Shown: piece by piece, positions 1 to 12,300 of the stretch
How the letters are laid out: each line of letters begins with the position of its first letter
Position numbering within the stretch: position 1 is the first letter of the stretch
Source: Styela clava
Taxonomy: Eukaryota
NCBI RefSeq assembly: GCF_964204865.1
Contig: NC_135257.1
Span: forward strand, 16,926,001-16,990,000
Direction: 5' to 3'
Length of the DNA: 64,000 nucleotides
Program-made: the position numbers and the translations under genes
The notes under the pieces: generated by a model
The model's database searches: none
Told to the model about the DNA's origin: nothing
The model's input: the letters and a program-made list of their open reading frames with translations, nothing else

Positions 1-333
1 CTACAATTAAGGGGGTGTTTGAAATGCTAGGGCGGAAAAAATATATAATTTGAGGCCGTACTGAAAAGTAAATTAAGAATGATTGTATGTTATATAAATT
101 AGTTAATCGAAACTCAACCCTTATAATTATTCAAAACACTTGTCACCAAAAATCTCAATCAACCATATATTAAAAAGTAATAATCAATAGTAAAAAAAAA
201 TAGACCAAATTAGTTCGTGTGGGAGAATATGATTTGTTTCAATATCCATTCAGATTTTTACTCAACTTAGCAATGTGGCACGTCATTAAAGAAAAGAAAT
301 TGAATTAAAGAAAATTCTTTTTTTCCAATGCAG

Positions 334-3122
334 CAACGATTATGGAGAAAAACACGTTCAAACTATGGAACCCGATGTAATGGAACAGATCCAAATAGAA
401 ACTGTAATGCATATTGGGGAGGACCTGGCTCATCTCCAAATCCTTGTTCGGATATATACTATGGACCGGCAATGGAATCAGAAATAGAAGTCCATGCTTT
501 GGCCAATTTCATTCGAGACAACGCGCAAACTATTGCGGTATTTATGTAATATATATAAGGTGTTCATAAGGTATTGAAAGATTGAAATTGCAAAAAGAAT
601 CATCGATACCGTATATTGTTTTGGCCTTTGCACATGTATCAAATGAAGTAATAATAGTTAAACAATTACTGAATAAAAAACAACAAATCTGTTTAAGATA
701 TCTTGAGAACTGACTTCATAACAAAATTGAAATTGTAAATGAACTGTGTGGGCAACCTGTATACAAGGCACCACATCCTTGTCAGCACTGAGAAAATCTT
801 ACATTATTACGCTCAATAAAATATAAAATTAGAGAGTGTGTAAAATAATCTCTCAGTGTAGCTTTTGCAGTATTAACTATATAATCAAAATTAGTTTCCT
901 CAATAAAACCTGTTAGTTTTTTTGTCTCACATTATATTGAACTTTGGTATTCTTAATTGCAGGCCTACATTACCGTGCACAGCTATTCGCAGATGATAAT
1001 ATATCCGTATTCGTACACCTATGAACTATCCGCAACGCATAATGTCTTGGTAAGTTTTATAAAGAACATAGCGAGGTGCATAAGGAACATTTAAGAATCC
1101 ATATTCGCCCGTTTTTTATGAAGTCTTCAATGTCGACTCAACGAAAGAAAGCAATATATTATGAAATGTGGTGCATATCCGACAAAGACGGTGACACTCA
1201 ATAGACGTTACTTAATATGGAAATTAGCGCGCTACTTATATATATAAAATGTCAAAAACAAATTGAAGATAAAAAAAATACTTTTTTTGTCGTTCTCTGA
1301 GTTACCCATATGTCTTGTTTTGTTTGAAAGATTTAAAATTATTTTGTTTTGATAAAAAATTCCTAGAAACGATCCCGACAGAATACATATCAAACTAAAG
1401 TACATATATATAGGTCAAGAGAATAAGGCCAAATTGAAATTTTCCATCAACATTTTTTGTTTAAAATATACAGGATAAATACGCCAAACAAATGAAAGAC
1501 GCGATCTACAATGTTTTCAGCAAAGAATATACATACGGATCTGGAGCTGGACTTCTATGTGAGTTGACAACACCGCTTATTTCATTGTGAAATATCACAA
1601 TTGTTCTATTAGATAAAATATAACAAAACATCAACGCGTATTTGATAGCGGTGTGACAAGTTTCCCGTTCTCATTCTGCGCTCAACACAATATTCCGACT
1701 TTAGCTGACCGACTTTCCTATTGGTCGGTAAGTTTGGTTCCCAACCTTAATTCCCAACCTTCCCAACCAAAAATAACTTTTGTAGAACGTCGCGACCCAA
1801 GGATATACTCAAATACTAAACGGCATGGAAACAAAATATTCAAAACTTACCTCAAAAAAAAACTGCGCTTATTTCCCATAAGCATGTTTTGAAATCGTGG
1901 CGGGCTTTACTAAACAAAATAGATGCTGCCAAATTTTACGCTGTGATACTTACCATATGAGCAGTATTCGTAAATACAAAATAAACAATAAAATTAAATA
2001 GAATATAAAATCTTGCTGAATAATAGAAAAGTGAAAAAACAAGCGGATAATTTTCAGGAAACCCAGCTCCGGGTCGCGACCCATAGGCAGGAAAACATTG
2101 CCAGAATCTAGGCCAATCAAGAATATTTCCCGCTTGTCCAAGGCATTCTCAGAGAGATTTAATATATCATAAAGCATATTTATATAACCTTCACAAAATC
2201 AGATGCAGCTGCAGGAGGATCGGATGACTTTGCTTATGATGAAGGAGTTCCTTTATCGTATACTTATGAACTACGTGATACCGGTGAATACGGGTTTCTG
2301 CTTCCCGAAAATCAGGTTATTTATTACTTATCAAGCTTATTATTTTTTGAACACAACACGGAACAGATGTTTTGGATCGTTTTGTTAAAATTTCGTTGTT
2401 GTTAGTATTCTTAGTATATTCTTTTCCTGGTTTTTATTCTGAATAAATTCCATTTCTCTTTAACTGCTGTACCAATTTCTTTGAAATTTACAGTGGGTAA
2501 TGATTGTTGTTGTCGCTAGTGGTCAGCGATTTCGAGAGTATTTTGGTAAGTTAGACTACAGGTGCTGTAGAAAATTTGATACAACTTCTTTTTGGTCTTC
2601 GTGTCCACATATTGGAGCATTTCTCTCTTGTTTATTTTATCGTTGAGTTCCACCATATGCAAAAATTTCTAGCTCGGTCAATGGATTGCGGCCAAATTAT
2701 GTACCTTTTGTGAATATAGTTGTATGCAGACGGTTCCAATCTCAATGAATACAACATTCATTCTTTGATTAAATTTTTCTATACACTTTTCAAAGTCAGG
2801 GTGATTTTTGTGAAGCTAATCACAACGCTTGAGTTCTGATTAACGTCAAACTGATAACCGGACACGAAAAATTCCGTTCCTCGAGACCAATTTCGACCTC
2901 TAGAACGTCGTTCTGACAAGTTTTTCCAGAATAACCACTCAAAAATTATTCTCCCTATTGACGCAGCATCACATAAATGCAATATTATAAATAGATTTTC
3001 AGTCAGAATAGCCATTGTTATCTGTTGTTCAGATTGAAGAAACATGTGTTGAAACCACTGCTGGGATGAAGGCAATTGCAGACGGTGCTTTGGAGTTGTG
3101 GCATAATAAGCTCAATGAGTAA
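334..3122 (+). CDS. Carboxypeptidase B-like (M14A) paralog 1, 3' portion (last 5 exons; 5' exons upstream of window)
   Basis: GT-AG exons 334-537, 963-1049, 1474-1558, 2203-2315, 3033-3122 join in frame. Motifs: WRKTR, DPNRN, HSYSQ (His196 Zn ligand), Y248, GGSDD (Asp255, CPB-type specificity), YELRD (Glu270). TAA at 3120-3122. Confidence 0.92.
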
Positions 3123-4606
3123 TAATGTTTCATCGAAAGATTTTGATATACAGCGTGCAATTCGAAATCGATAAGTTATATGGTTCAATATAATTATTCA
3201 CAGTGATATTCAATGTTTTAGTTTCTTCAAAAGGGAAAGCAGAAAGTATCTAGGCCAATTTCTCCAATTTCATATTTCCCGTATATGATATAATCCTATC
3301 TAGACTAGTTGTGCGTTAAAGCAAACGATTGCAAACATACGCACTTCGATAGATACCGTATATGCGTGACTTTCGATGGCCAAAGCGTAAAGCTCAGTTG
3401 CGGCACAGATACCAAAAATATCTTTAGAATGCCGGGTTTTTCAAAGCAATCCTAGGAAGAGCCTATTTGAAAACACGAACTTTTGATTAATAAGAGTTCA
3501 ACCAAGGAAAACGAGTTCCTTTTTATTCAATTAGGCCAGGGTTTAACCCATTAGTCAACAAATGCATAACAAAATTACCAATCTTTCAATTGATGTATTG
3601 TGAAACTACACACACAAGACTTGGATATACGATCGACGGAGTTGATTATGACTCACAAGATTTTACGAAGTTGGTTTACTAATTTGATTGATAATATTAC
3701 ACCAGATCTTACGGTTTTTATAGATTGGTGGTCCACAAAGTGTGGGGGGGTCCAAACTTTCATAATCACCATTTTGTTTGCTGTTAAAAACGTTGTCCAA
3801 ATAACTAGTATTCCCTGCATATCGACTAAAGATGGATATCGGCTATCAGGGGTAAATCACCTTATGGGGTGTTCTAGTACTGGAAGTATGTATCGTTTAG
3901 CCAAGTTTTTATCAGAACAATAGGTAATCCAAAATATTCAACTGATGTTTAAAAAACTGCCTCCACTGCTAACTAGTTGTTCTTGTAGGTCCGATGGGGA
4001 GAATAATAACAGCGAATTTTGATTCAAATTTGAAGCAACCAATAACAACTAGACAATGTAGACATCGACTAGTGCTCATTTTTGTTGACAATATACGAGC
4101 ACTGTAACAAAATTTGCTAAATTAAGATTACTTGATGAACAAAACATATACACCTTCGACAGAGTTCACAATATAATTACAATAAATGTTTTTTTTATTG
4201 ACATCTGTCAATGATATTTGTGCGTCAAACAGTTCAAAACTACGTCAAATTACCTAACATTTGCCAACAATTTGATCCCATTCAAATAAATGTCAGTTTA
4301 TTGCAAAGCTTCCTCCACCACAATAAGCGTGCTCGCGGCACCAGAGGAATTTGTAGCTCGACATAGAAAAGAAAGAATTACAACTGTTGGTATAAAGTCA
4401 TATAAGGAGTGTCAAGCTCAAGTTAAATTGATCTATATTTCTTTATCATCATCAGGGGGTGAAGTAAATGAGATTTGATAATCTTCTGCCCTTAAGTAAG
4501 ACACATCAATCATCTATCAATTTGGGAACAAAGCTTTCACGATTATAAAGAGTGTGGTGGATTTTTTCCAACTTTTTACCTAGGGAAAAAATCCTCTTAA
4601 TCATTA

Positions 4607-4914
4607 AAACGAAAATATCGGTCAGAGACCGAAGACGTATCGATCGAAAGTTAGGGGATCCCCCAAAACACCGCTCTTACTCCATAGTGACACCTTGTGT
4701 CCCATCACTAATTAATTAATAACTCGCTAATTATAAGACATAATTTGCCCAAAAACAATAGGCTTCTGGTACGAGATATGATGAATGCAAAATCTGCAGC
4801 AGATCCAAACTCGCTTTCGTGGATATCGCGTGCATCTAACAGAGAGACAAACAGACAGACAGACAGACAGACAAATACCTATCAACATACTTACCGATTA
4901 AAATCGATAAGTAA
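4607..4914 (-). mobile_element. Helentron-associated non-autonomous element (HINE/DINE-1-like), copy 1
   Basis: Reverse complement of 18357-18634: 5' subTIR plus short IR, (GTCT)n tract, 3' subTIR and terminal stem-loop TCGGTC-TCT-GACCGA. Confidence 0.7.
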
Positions 4915-5382
4915 TGAAGCCACCATCTAACTGTGATACAAATTTTTAAAAAATGTATCGCTAAACTTTGCTTATTTCGGACAGAAACGCTGAAATGCAC
5001 GTAATACATGATCGTTGCATGAAGCGTTGGTAAATATTTTTGAAAAACCTCAAACAACATCTTGGTATTCCCAAGCCACGGTGTGTAAATGACGTACGAG
5101 GTATTTTTAAACTAATACATTTGTATCAATTTAAATTAGATATATCGAATAAACAACAAAAGGCATAATAAGCATATTTTACGATAAATAGGCTAAGTAA
5201 GAATATTCTATTGGAGAGCCGCGCATTGAACCAAAGTATATATTTGTTCGGGGAATTTAATGTGAGCAATACTTCGAAATAAAGGTAGACCTTCCTTTTT
5301 TTGTATTTTGTGTCTCAATGCAATTACGCTCAATTCTTATTTGAATAACTGATATGACAAAACCAATTTAGATTTTTCTGGT

Positions 5383-5389
5383 TATAAAA
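5383..5389 (+). promoter_or_regulatory. TATA box of CPB paralog 2 (homologous TATA boxes near 25841-25848 and 34138-34144 on minus for paralogs 3 and 4)
   Basis: TATAAAA about 65 bp upstream of the ATG, inside a block conserved in all three promoters (TATAAAA.G.GATGAGT.GAT.GCAAAATGACATTTCGATCAC). Confidence 0.7.
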
Positions 5390-5449
5390 AGGGATGAGTG
5401 GATGGCAAAATGACATTTCGATCACAGTTGTGACTGACGAAAGAAGAAG

Positions 5450-7828
5450 ATGAAATTATTCGTTTTATTAAGTCTCGTCTCTTTGGCATTGACCAAGAAA
5501 ACGTTTTTTGGGTTGGTACCGATGTATATATAATTTGTAGTTGGACTGGAGTCTGTGAGTCGATCCGGACTCGCCTAATTTTTCAAAAACTAGAGATGAC
5601 TCTCCCTTTTAGAGAAAAAGACTTGACTTGAGATTCGAAAATAATTTTGATCGAGTCTTCGAAACAGAAAAAAATCTGAATGAAATAAAATTTACTGCGT
5701 GAATTATTATTTCGAAAACTTGCTAAATTATCGCAGCAATGATCCAAAAGAGAATGTGTTAATGTCGATATAAGTGTTTCGATTGAATCTCGTTTTGACT
5801 TTCAATAAAAGAGGCTACTGACCAGATACAGCAACGACTCAACTTGTAAATTTCGTTTTCCAGAGATCAAGTTCTGACACTGTATCCAACAACTCATGAG
5901 CAAGTTGAACTGATTAGAGGATTTGAAGACGAGGTACAAATAAATCTTAGTATTCGATTCATTAAGTATTAGAATTTTTTTTATCCGTTTCTTGGTGCTT
6001 AAGAATCAAAGGAAAAATAGAATTATGGTTTGTTTATACCCTATCCTATATAATGACCTATCAGTCAAATATAGTCTTTTCTTCACTTTAATTGTGTTAT
6101 GGCCAGGTAAAAAATACAAAGAATAATTCAAAATAAATGAACCAATTATTATTTATTATTGAATGCGGTGTAACATTAATAACTTAAAAATAAGTTTTGA
6201 TTAATATGCGTGTGTCACTGTTAACTGTTTATTCGATACTTATAGAGGGAATGGATTTTAATTTGGTTTGCCAAATTAAGTGTTCAATTTAGCAATGTAC
6301 CGATAACCAATAAAAAAACTTTTGCACTAAAATAAGTGATACAAAAAGATTAGAAATTAAACTATTTTCACTATGGAATGAAAATCTTGAAAATGTGATT
6401 GAACACTTCGAAAGTCTTTCACTTATAAATAGTTTAAAGGAAATCTATTTCTAATTTAGATTGATTTTTGGAATCCAGGCTACCCCAATCAAGTGCATGA
6501 AAACAGTCCAGTTGACGTCAGAATATCAAAGTAGGCATTTAATAAACTTCTCATATTTGTTAACTTGTATATATATGATTCAGAATTGTAAGCAAAATGG
6601 CTGCTATTTGTTTTCATGCTTGCAGTCACAAATGATTAATTGAAATTGTAGTTCCACCATAGGAGGATCATACACTCGCACAAATTTATGACTGATATTA
6701 TAAATAGTCTTTATGTGTGAAAAAAAAACAGGATTTTGTTATTATCCGGGTGAAGCTAAAATTTCGCATTTTTTCTCATCATTTGGAGTGAAATTTGAAG
6801 CAAAAAAGGTTTGTTGTTTTTAAATATAGATTTCAAAACAGTTAGAACGCATGTCAAATCAGATTCTATTCCATTAATTCTACTTCAGAAGTATTCAAAC
6901 TCAAACTATATATTTTCTTTTTACAATTTAGATTTCAATTACTAAAATTTAAGCATTCGATGAAAGATGCAGGAATAAATTTTGAGGTTGGTGTTTACTT
7001 TTATTCTTCCATTCCCTGTGATTTTGACTCACTATATATATATATTCCAATATGAGCAAATCCCGAGGAATCTTTGGAAGTAGCTTACCAGGCTTACCTT
7101 GTTATTAAAAAAATGTAGCAAATAATAGGCATGTATTGTTAATCAGACAAAATGTATTCATCAGATATATCTCAATATCACTGGGAGATTGTAGTCCCTC
7201 TTTTTGGAAAATAATATTGAAACCCAAACATTATTTATCGATTTAGCTGGTGTACCAAATATTAATCATTTAAGAATAAATTAGAAAACCTGAATTTATT
7301 TTTGATAGAATCGAAATCTTCAAACCTCATTAAACAGAGGAAAATTAAAAAAAAAATAAGCGAATGCATTGGATGATTGAACAAATCCTTTAACTTTTTC
7401 ATTTCCACGTTTCGAAAAAACTGTTCATGTCGAAACGTGTGAGAAGAAAGTTGAATAAATAAGTAAATTTGAATCATCAATTCAGGTAAAAATCGGAGAT
7501 TTGCAAATGGCAATTGACGATCAAGTACAAACAAAGAGCAGTCCCAGGGCATCGGATGGTTACGTTTACGACCAATATCACACATATGATGATGTAGGTG
7601 TTTTAAAAAATAATACGAAATTGTTTGATTGATACGTATAAATTAGCTTACTTGTGCTCCGTTGTAAACTTGCCTCGTTAGCATGTTACTGTTCATTTGT
7701 CTTAACTTCAATAAACTAACAGAACTCGAATATTATATGCCTGTAGTGAACTACATATTATGATTTTTTCTATAGCTGATCCTCCTTCTTGGGCACGAAG
7801 TGGACCTATATAGTTCCTTTTCATATAC

Positions 7829-7874
<46 letters not shown>

Positions 7875-9319
7875 AGAATTCGTTTTCTTGTTGGTATGAA
7901 AAAAAAGCTTTTATCTTTGACTACTGGACCAAATGCTTTAAATTTTTTCTTCACATTTACAGCTAAAATTTTCGTCACACTTTTCCGTTACTCGATTCTT
8001 TTTGTTTTGTAACTAAAATGATGTTATTTCAGATTAATAGCTGGACATTCGACAGAGCAAACGAGAATCCAAGTTTGGTGACTAGAAATGTAATTGGAAC
8101 AAGCTGGGAAGGCAGACAGATCCCAATGCTCACACTCCAAACTGCCCCCGACAATCCAGCCATACTTGTTGATTGTGGATTTCATGCTCGTGAATGGATC
8201 TCTCCAGCTTTTTGCCAATGCTACGTTCGACAGGTGAGTGGAATCAGTGGTGGGATTTACGAGGAGTCGCGTGGGTTCTTGCGAACCGTCCTTGAGCTGG
8301 AAACTAACGTTATATTTGGCGTTGTATTAGATTTTTTTTAAAGCGTCTCATGTTATTGTAGCAACGTAGGGACATACATGCGCAAATAAGACATACAGTT
8401 ATATAGCTACAAGTTAGGCATGGATTTCTGAAATTAGGGAATCTGTTGTTGTTAGTGAGTTCGATACAAAATAGAACCAGTTCTGAAAATTTTGAATTCC
8501 ATCACTATGAGTAACAATCAGTTCCTAGAATTACCTTAAATTGATGATTTTATTTTAAACAAGTAAGATATTATAAGAGCAAATTACCCATACTTTTTCT
8601 GAATAAAAGTAGATAAGTAATAAAGAGATGTATTTTTTCTCAAATATAACAGGGTGTTAAAAAAGTTACGCAAATTTCCGGTAAATTTTTTTGTCATGGC
8701 AACTTGAAAAAAAGTAACTGTTAAAAATCGTCAGTCGTGAAATGTTTAAATGACATTTCACCGTAATTCAATTCTGTTTAAAAGTGTCAGAAGTTAAATG
8801 TTTCAAGTAGCACTTCATCTTAACTTCTGTTAATTTTACGTTACTTTTTTAACACTCTGTATCATGTAATCTATATTGTGAGCAACAATTTACGGTCTTA
8901 TTCGTAACTTATCCATCTTCAATCATGAATACTCAGTCAATATTTTGATTTTGCAGTTGATGGATGAATATGAATCTTCATCTTCCACATCAGTATTGAA
9001 TAAACTAACCATTCACGTGATTCCTGTGGTCAACGTTGACGGTTATCAATATACGTGGACTAATGTGAGTGCCGTTTTGTAATTATTAATACTGATTAAT
9101 AGCGCATAGCGTAAGGAATTGTATCAATGGAGTATGGTGGCCCATCGTTGTCACGTGTAAAATTTAAAAAAAAAATGAAAAAAAAAAATGAAAAAGCGAA
9201 AATAAAAAAATAGTTGTGAAAAAACATAAAAATAATTGAAAAAAAAGAAATAAAAAAAAAATTGAAATTAAAAAAAAAATTGAAAAATAAAACAAAAAAA
9301 AAATTTAATAAAAAAATTA

Positions 9320-9358
<39 letters not shown>

Positions 9359-12300
9359 GATAAAAAGTAAATAAAAAGGTTGACAACGATGGTCCGCCTC
9401 GTGGCCCATCGTTGTCACGCGTTTTTATTTTTGGAAAATTTGATGCTGCTTGGGACCAACGTTGTCAGGCTTAATCCTACACGCACAAATGTGTTTCCTG
9501 GGTTTCTAACTCACTACTGATTTTCATGAGCAATATCCAATAAATTCAACATGAAAATGTTCTATAAATTCTCCATGCTACAAGTTCAACCACGAGCAAT
9601 ATATTTATAATAATGATAAGAGAATATAGAATTGGATACGAAAATTTGTTTTTACGTGTAGAAGATAATTTAATTGGAAAATGCTGCTTAACTGCTCAGA
9701 CACTCGTGCGATGCCGGTACGGTCTGACCGTACCGGTACCCATGCAATCACTCGTGAAAGAATGGGAGATACGGATAGTCTCGTAGAATACAGTCTACTG
9801 AAACACTCTCTGCGCCTGCCCCATACCGTACAGCCGTAACGTACCGATCCAGACAAATGATAAATCGCCCGTGCTCAACCATTTATTTCAATCCATACCT
9901 CGACTCACTATATTCTACTAGGATCGAGGTATGGATTGAAATAAATGGTTGAGCACGGGTGATTTATCATTTGTCTGGATCGGTACGTTACGGCTGTACG
10001 GTATGGGGCAGGCGCAGAGAGTGTTTCAGTAGTCTATATTCTACGAGACTATCCGTATCTCCCATTCTTTCATGAGTGATTGTATGGCTACCGGTACGGT
10101 CAGACGCAAAGCGACTATAACCGACTACCGGTATTTGGTAAGACGGTACCGGCATCGCGAGTGTCCAGACAACTGAGTAGTTAAGCAGCATTCTCCAATT
10201 AAATTACCTTATACACGTAAAAACAAATTTTCCGAATTTTCGTATTCAATTCTATATTCTCTTATCATTATTATAAATATATTACTTCTTGTTGATCTTG
10301 TAGCATGGAGAATTTATAGAACATTTTCATATTGAATATTGCTCAAGAAAATCAGTAGTGAGTTTGAAACCCAGGGAACACATTTGTGCGCGTAGGATTA
10401 TGCCTGACAACGTTGGTCCCAAGCAGCAGCAAATTTTCTAAAAATAAAAACGCGTGACAACGATGGGCCACGAGGCGGACCATCGTTGTCAANNNNNNNN
10501 NNNNNNNNNNNNNNNNNNNNNNNNNNNNNNNNNNNNNNNNNNNNNNNNNNNNNNNNNNNNNNNNNNNNNNNNNNNNNNNNNNNNNNNNNNNNNNNNNNNN
10601 NNNNNNNNNNNNNNNNNNNNNNNNNNNNNNNNNNNNNNNNNNNNTTTATTTTCGGTTTTTTATTTTATTTTTTATTTTTATTTTCAATTTTACGCGTGAC
10701 AACGATGGGCCACCATAATGGAGGTTAGTTATTTTGTGTATCATCGAATATTTTTGACTGATTCGGCCCTATAAATCGTTATTCTAAATTGTTCAGTTTT
10801 TAAGCCTGAAGTTGGGTGTTAGTACCAAATGTTTTCTGTCAAAAGAGATCAGCTGAATATGATTACTGATTTGATGGTGATTGATGTGAGTAATTGTACT
10901 CATGAAGGTAAATTAGGCGTACTTTAACATTAAATCGAAGCTTTATCCCAAAGAGGCAAACCTTTAAAAAGCTGCATTGAAGGAATAAAATGTGAAGAAA
11001 TAAAATGAAAAAATCGCGTTAAAACTCCTGTAACTTTTTATTGAAAGAAACTATGGTGTATATTCAGGATTGTCCATGGGACATATTTTTTTTGTCATAC
11101 AAATTGCCTGTCCCATCCAACGGGATTCCCATAAGATTACAATTCAATAAAAATTGTTTATTTTAAGTTTAACGTCTACTACATTGGTACTATATGTACA
11201 AAGAGACATGCATAACGACAAAATTTAATGAATTTGTTAGCTTTAAATTTATAACTAATATACATGTGTCCGTCAGCCCCTTCACAAAGTATATTGTTAA
11301 TGCTGAATATATTTTTCTCTTTATAACTAACAAGATAGCTATGCTCGAAAAATGGACACAAAGTCCATAACGAGATGTTTTACCATCATTTCTTCATGTC
11401 CCACGTTTCCCATGGGAATCCCATTCCATCCCATGGGACGTTTCCCATGGAATCTCATTCCCATGGAGAGGCCTGTGAGTATTGCTTCAAACTATGATTG
11501 AATACCTGCTTAAAAAGCAACTATATCCATATTGAAATGTTTCCAAATGCAAATTGTTCGAAATTTTAACATTCGCTGTTTTGCTTTGAAACCATTGAAA
11601 TAGTGTTTAGCCTAATTTGGACCTATAGTTGGTTTCTTCTGCATTTTTCAGTTTGTTGAGTCCGAAATTTTACTGCGTAACAAAAAATTTTCATTAGCAG
11701 ATAAACATTCATGGAGCGGTTTGTATTGAGCAGTGCGAATTGGTCGTCTTTTTCAAATAATTTCGATATGCGAGGATCTTATTCTCCAATGAGAGGCGAT
11801 TAAGTCCAATAGCGCAAAAATGATGTCACCAATTACAAATCAAATATATCTTATGAAAATTGAAAAAATTGTCTCATAACACCTCTGACAAATAGAATCG
11901 TACAAGTACATATATATATATATAAATTTTCAGGACAGACTGTGGAGAAAAACTCGCTCTAAACGCGCAGGAAGTGTTTGCTACGGTGTTGATCCAAACA
12001 GAAACTGTGATGCAAGATGGTCAGGACCAGGATCATCAGGATCCCCTTGCTCTGAAACATACTACGGACCTGAGAAAGAATCTGAACCCGAAGTGTACGC
12101 CGTGGCAGAATTCATTCGAAATAATATTGGTTCACTGGTGAATTTTTTTTGACATAATTTGATGCGTTGTCTATGAAAAATATGATGTTACCATAACATT
12201 TTTACATGCTTTCCTTTACAGAAAGCATACGTCACATTCCACGCATACGGACAGATGATCCTTTATCCGTACTCCTACACGACAGATCTGGCTGCTACTA

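Noticed and set aside
7751-8012. Poly-Thr and poly-Val ORFs
   Set aside because: Translations of the intronic (GTT)n microsatellite.
9096-9386. Phe-rich membrane-protein-like ORF
   Set aside because: Low-complexity A-tract of the foldback element.
9605-10191. Two similar ORFs suggesting a duplicated small gene
   Set aside because: Both lie within the palindromic element; no transposase or other recognisable motif.
11934-12137. Gene conversion among paralogs 2, 3 and 4 in exon 8
   Set aside because: The mosaic pattern is equally explained by independent changes in 3 and 4 with 2 as outgroup.
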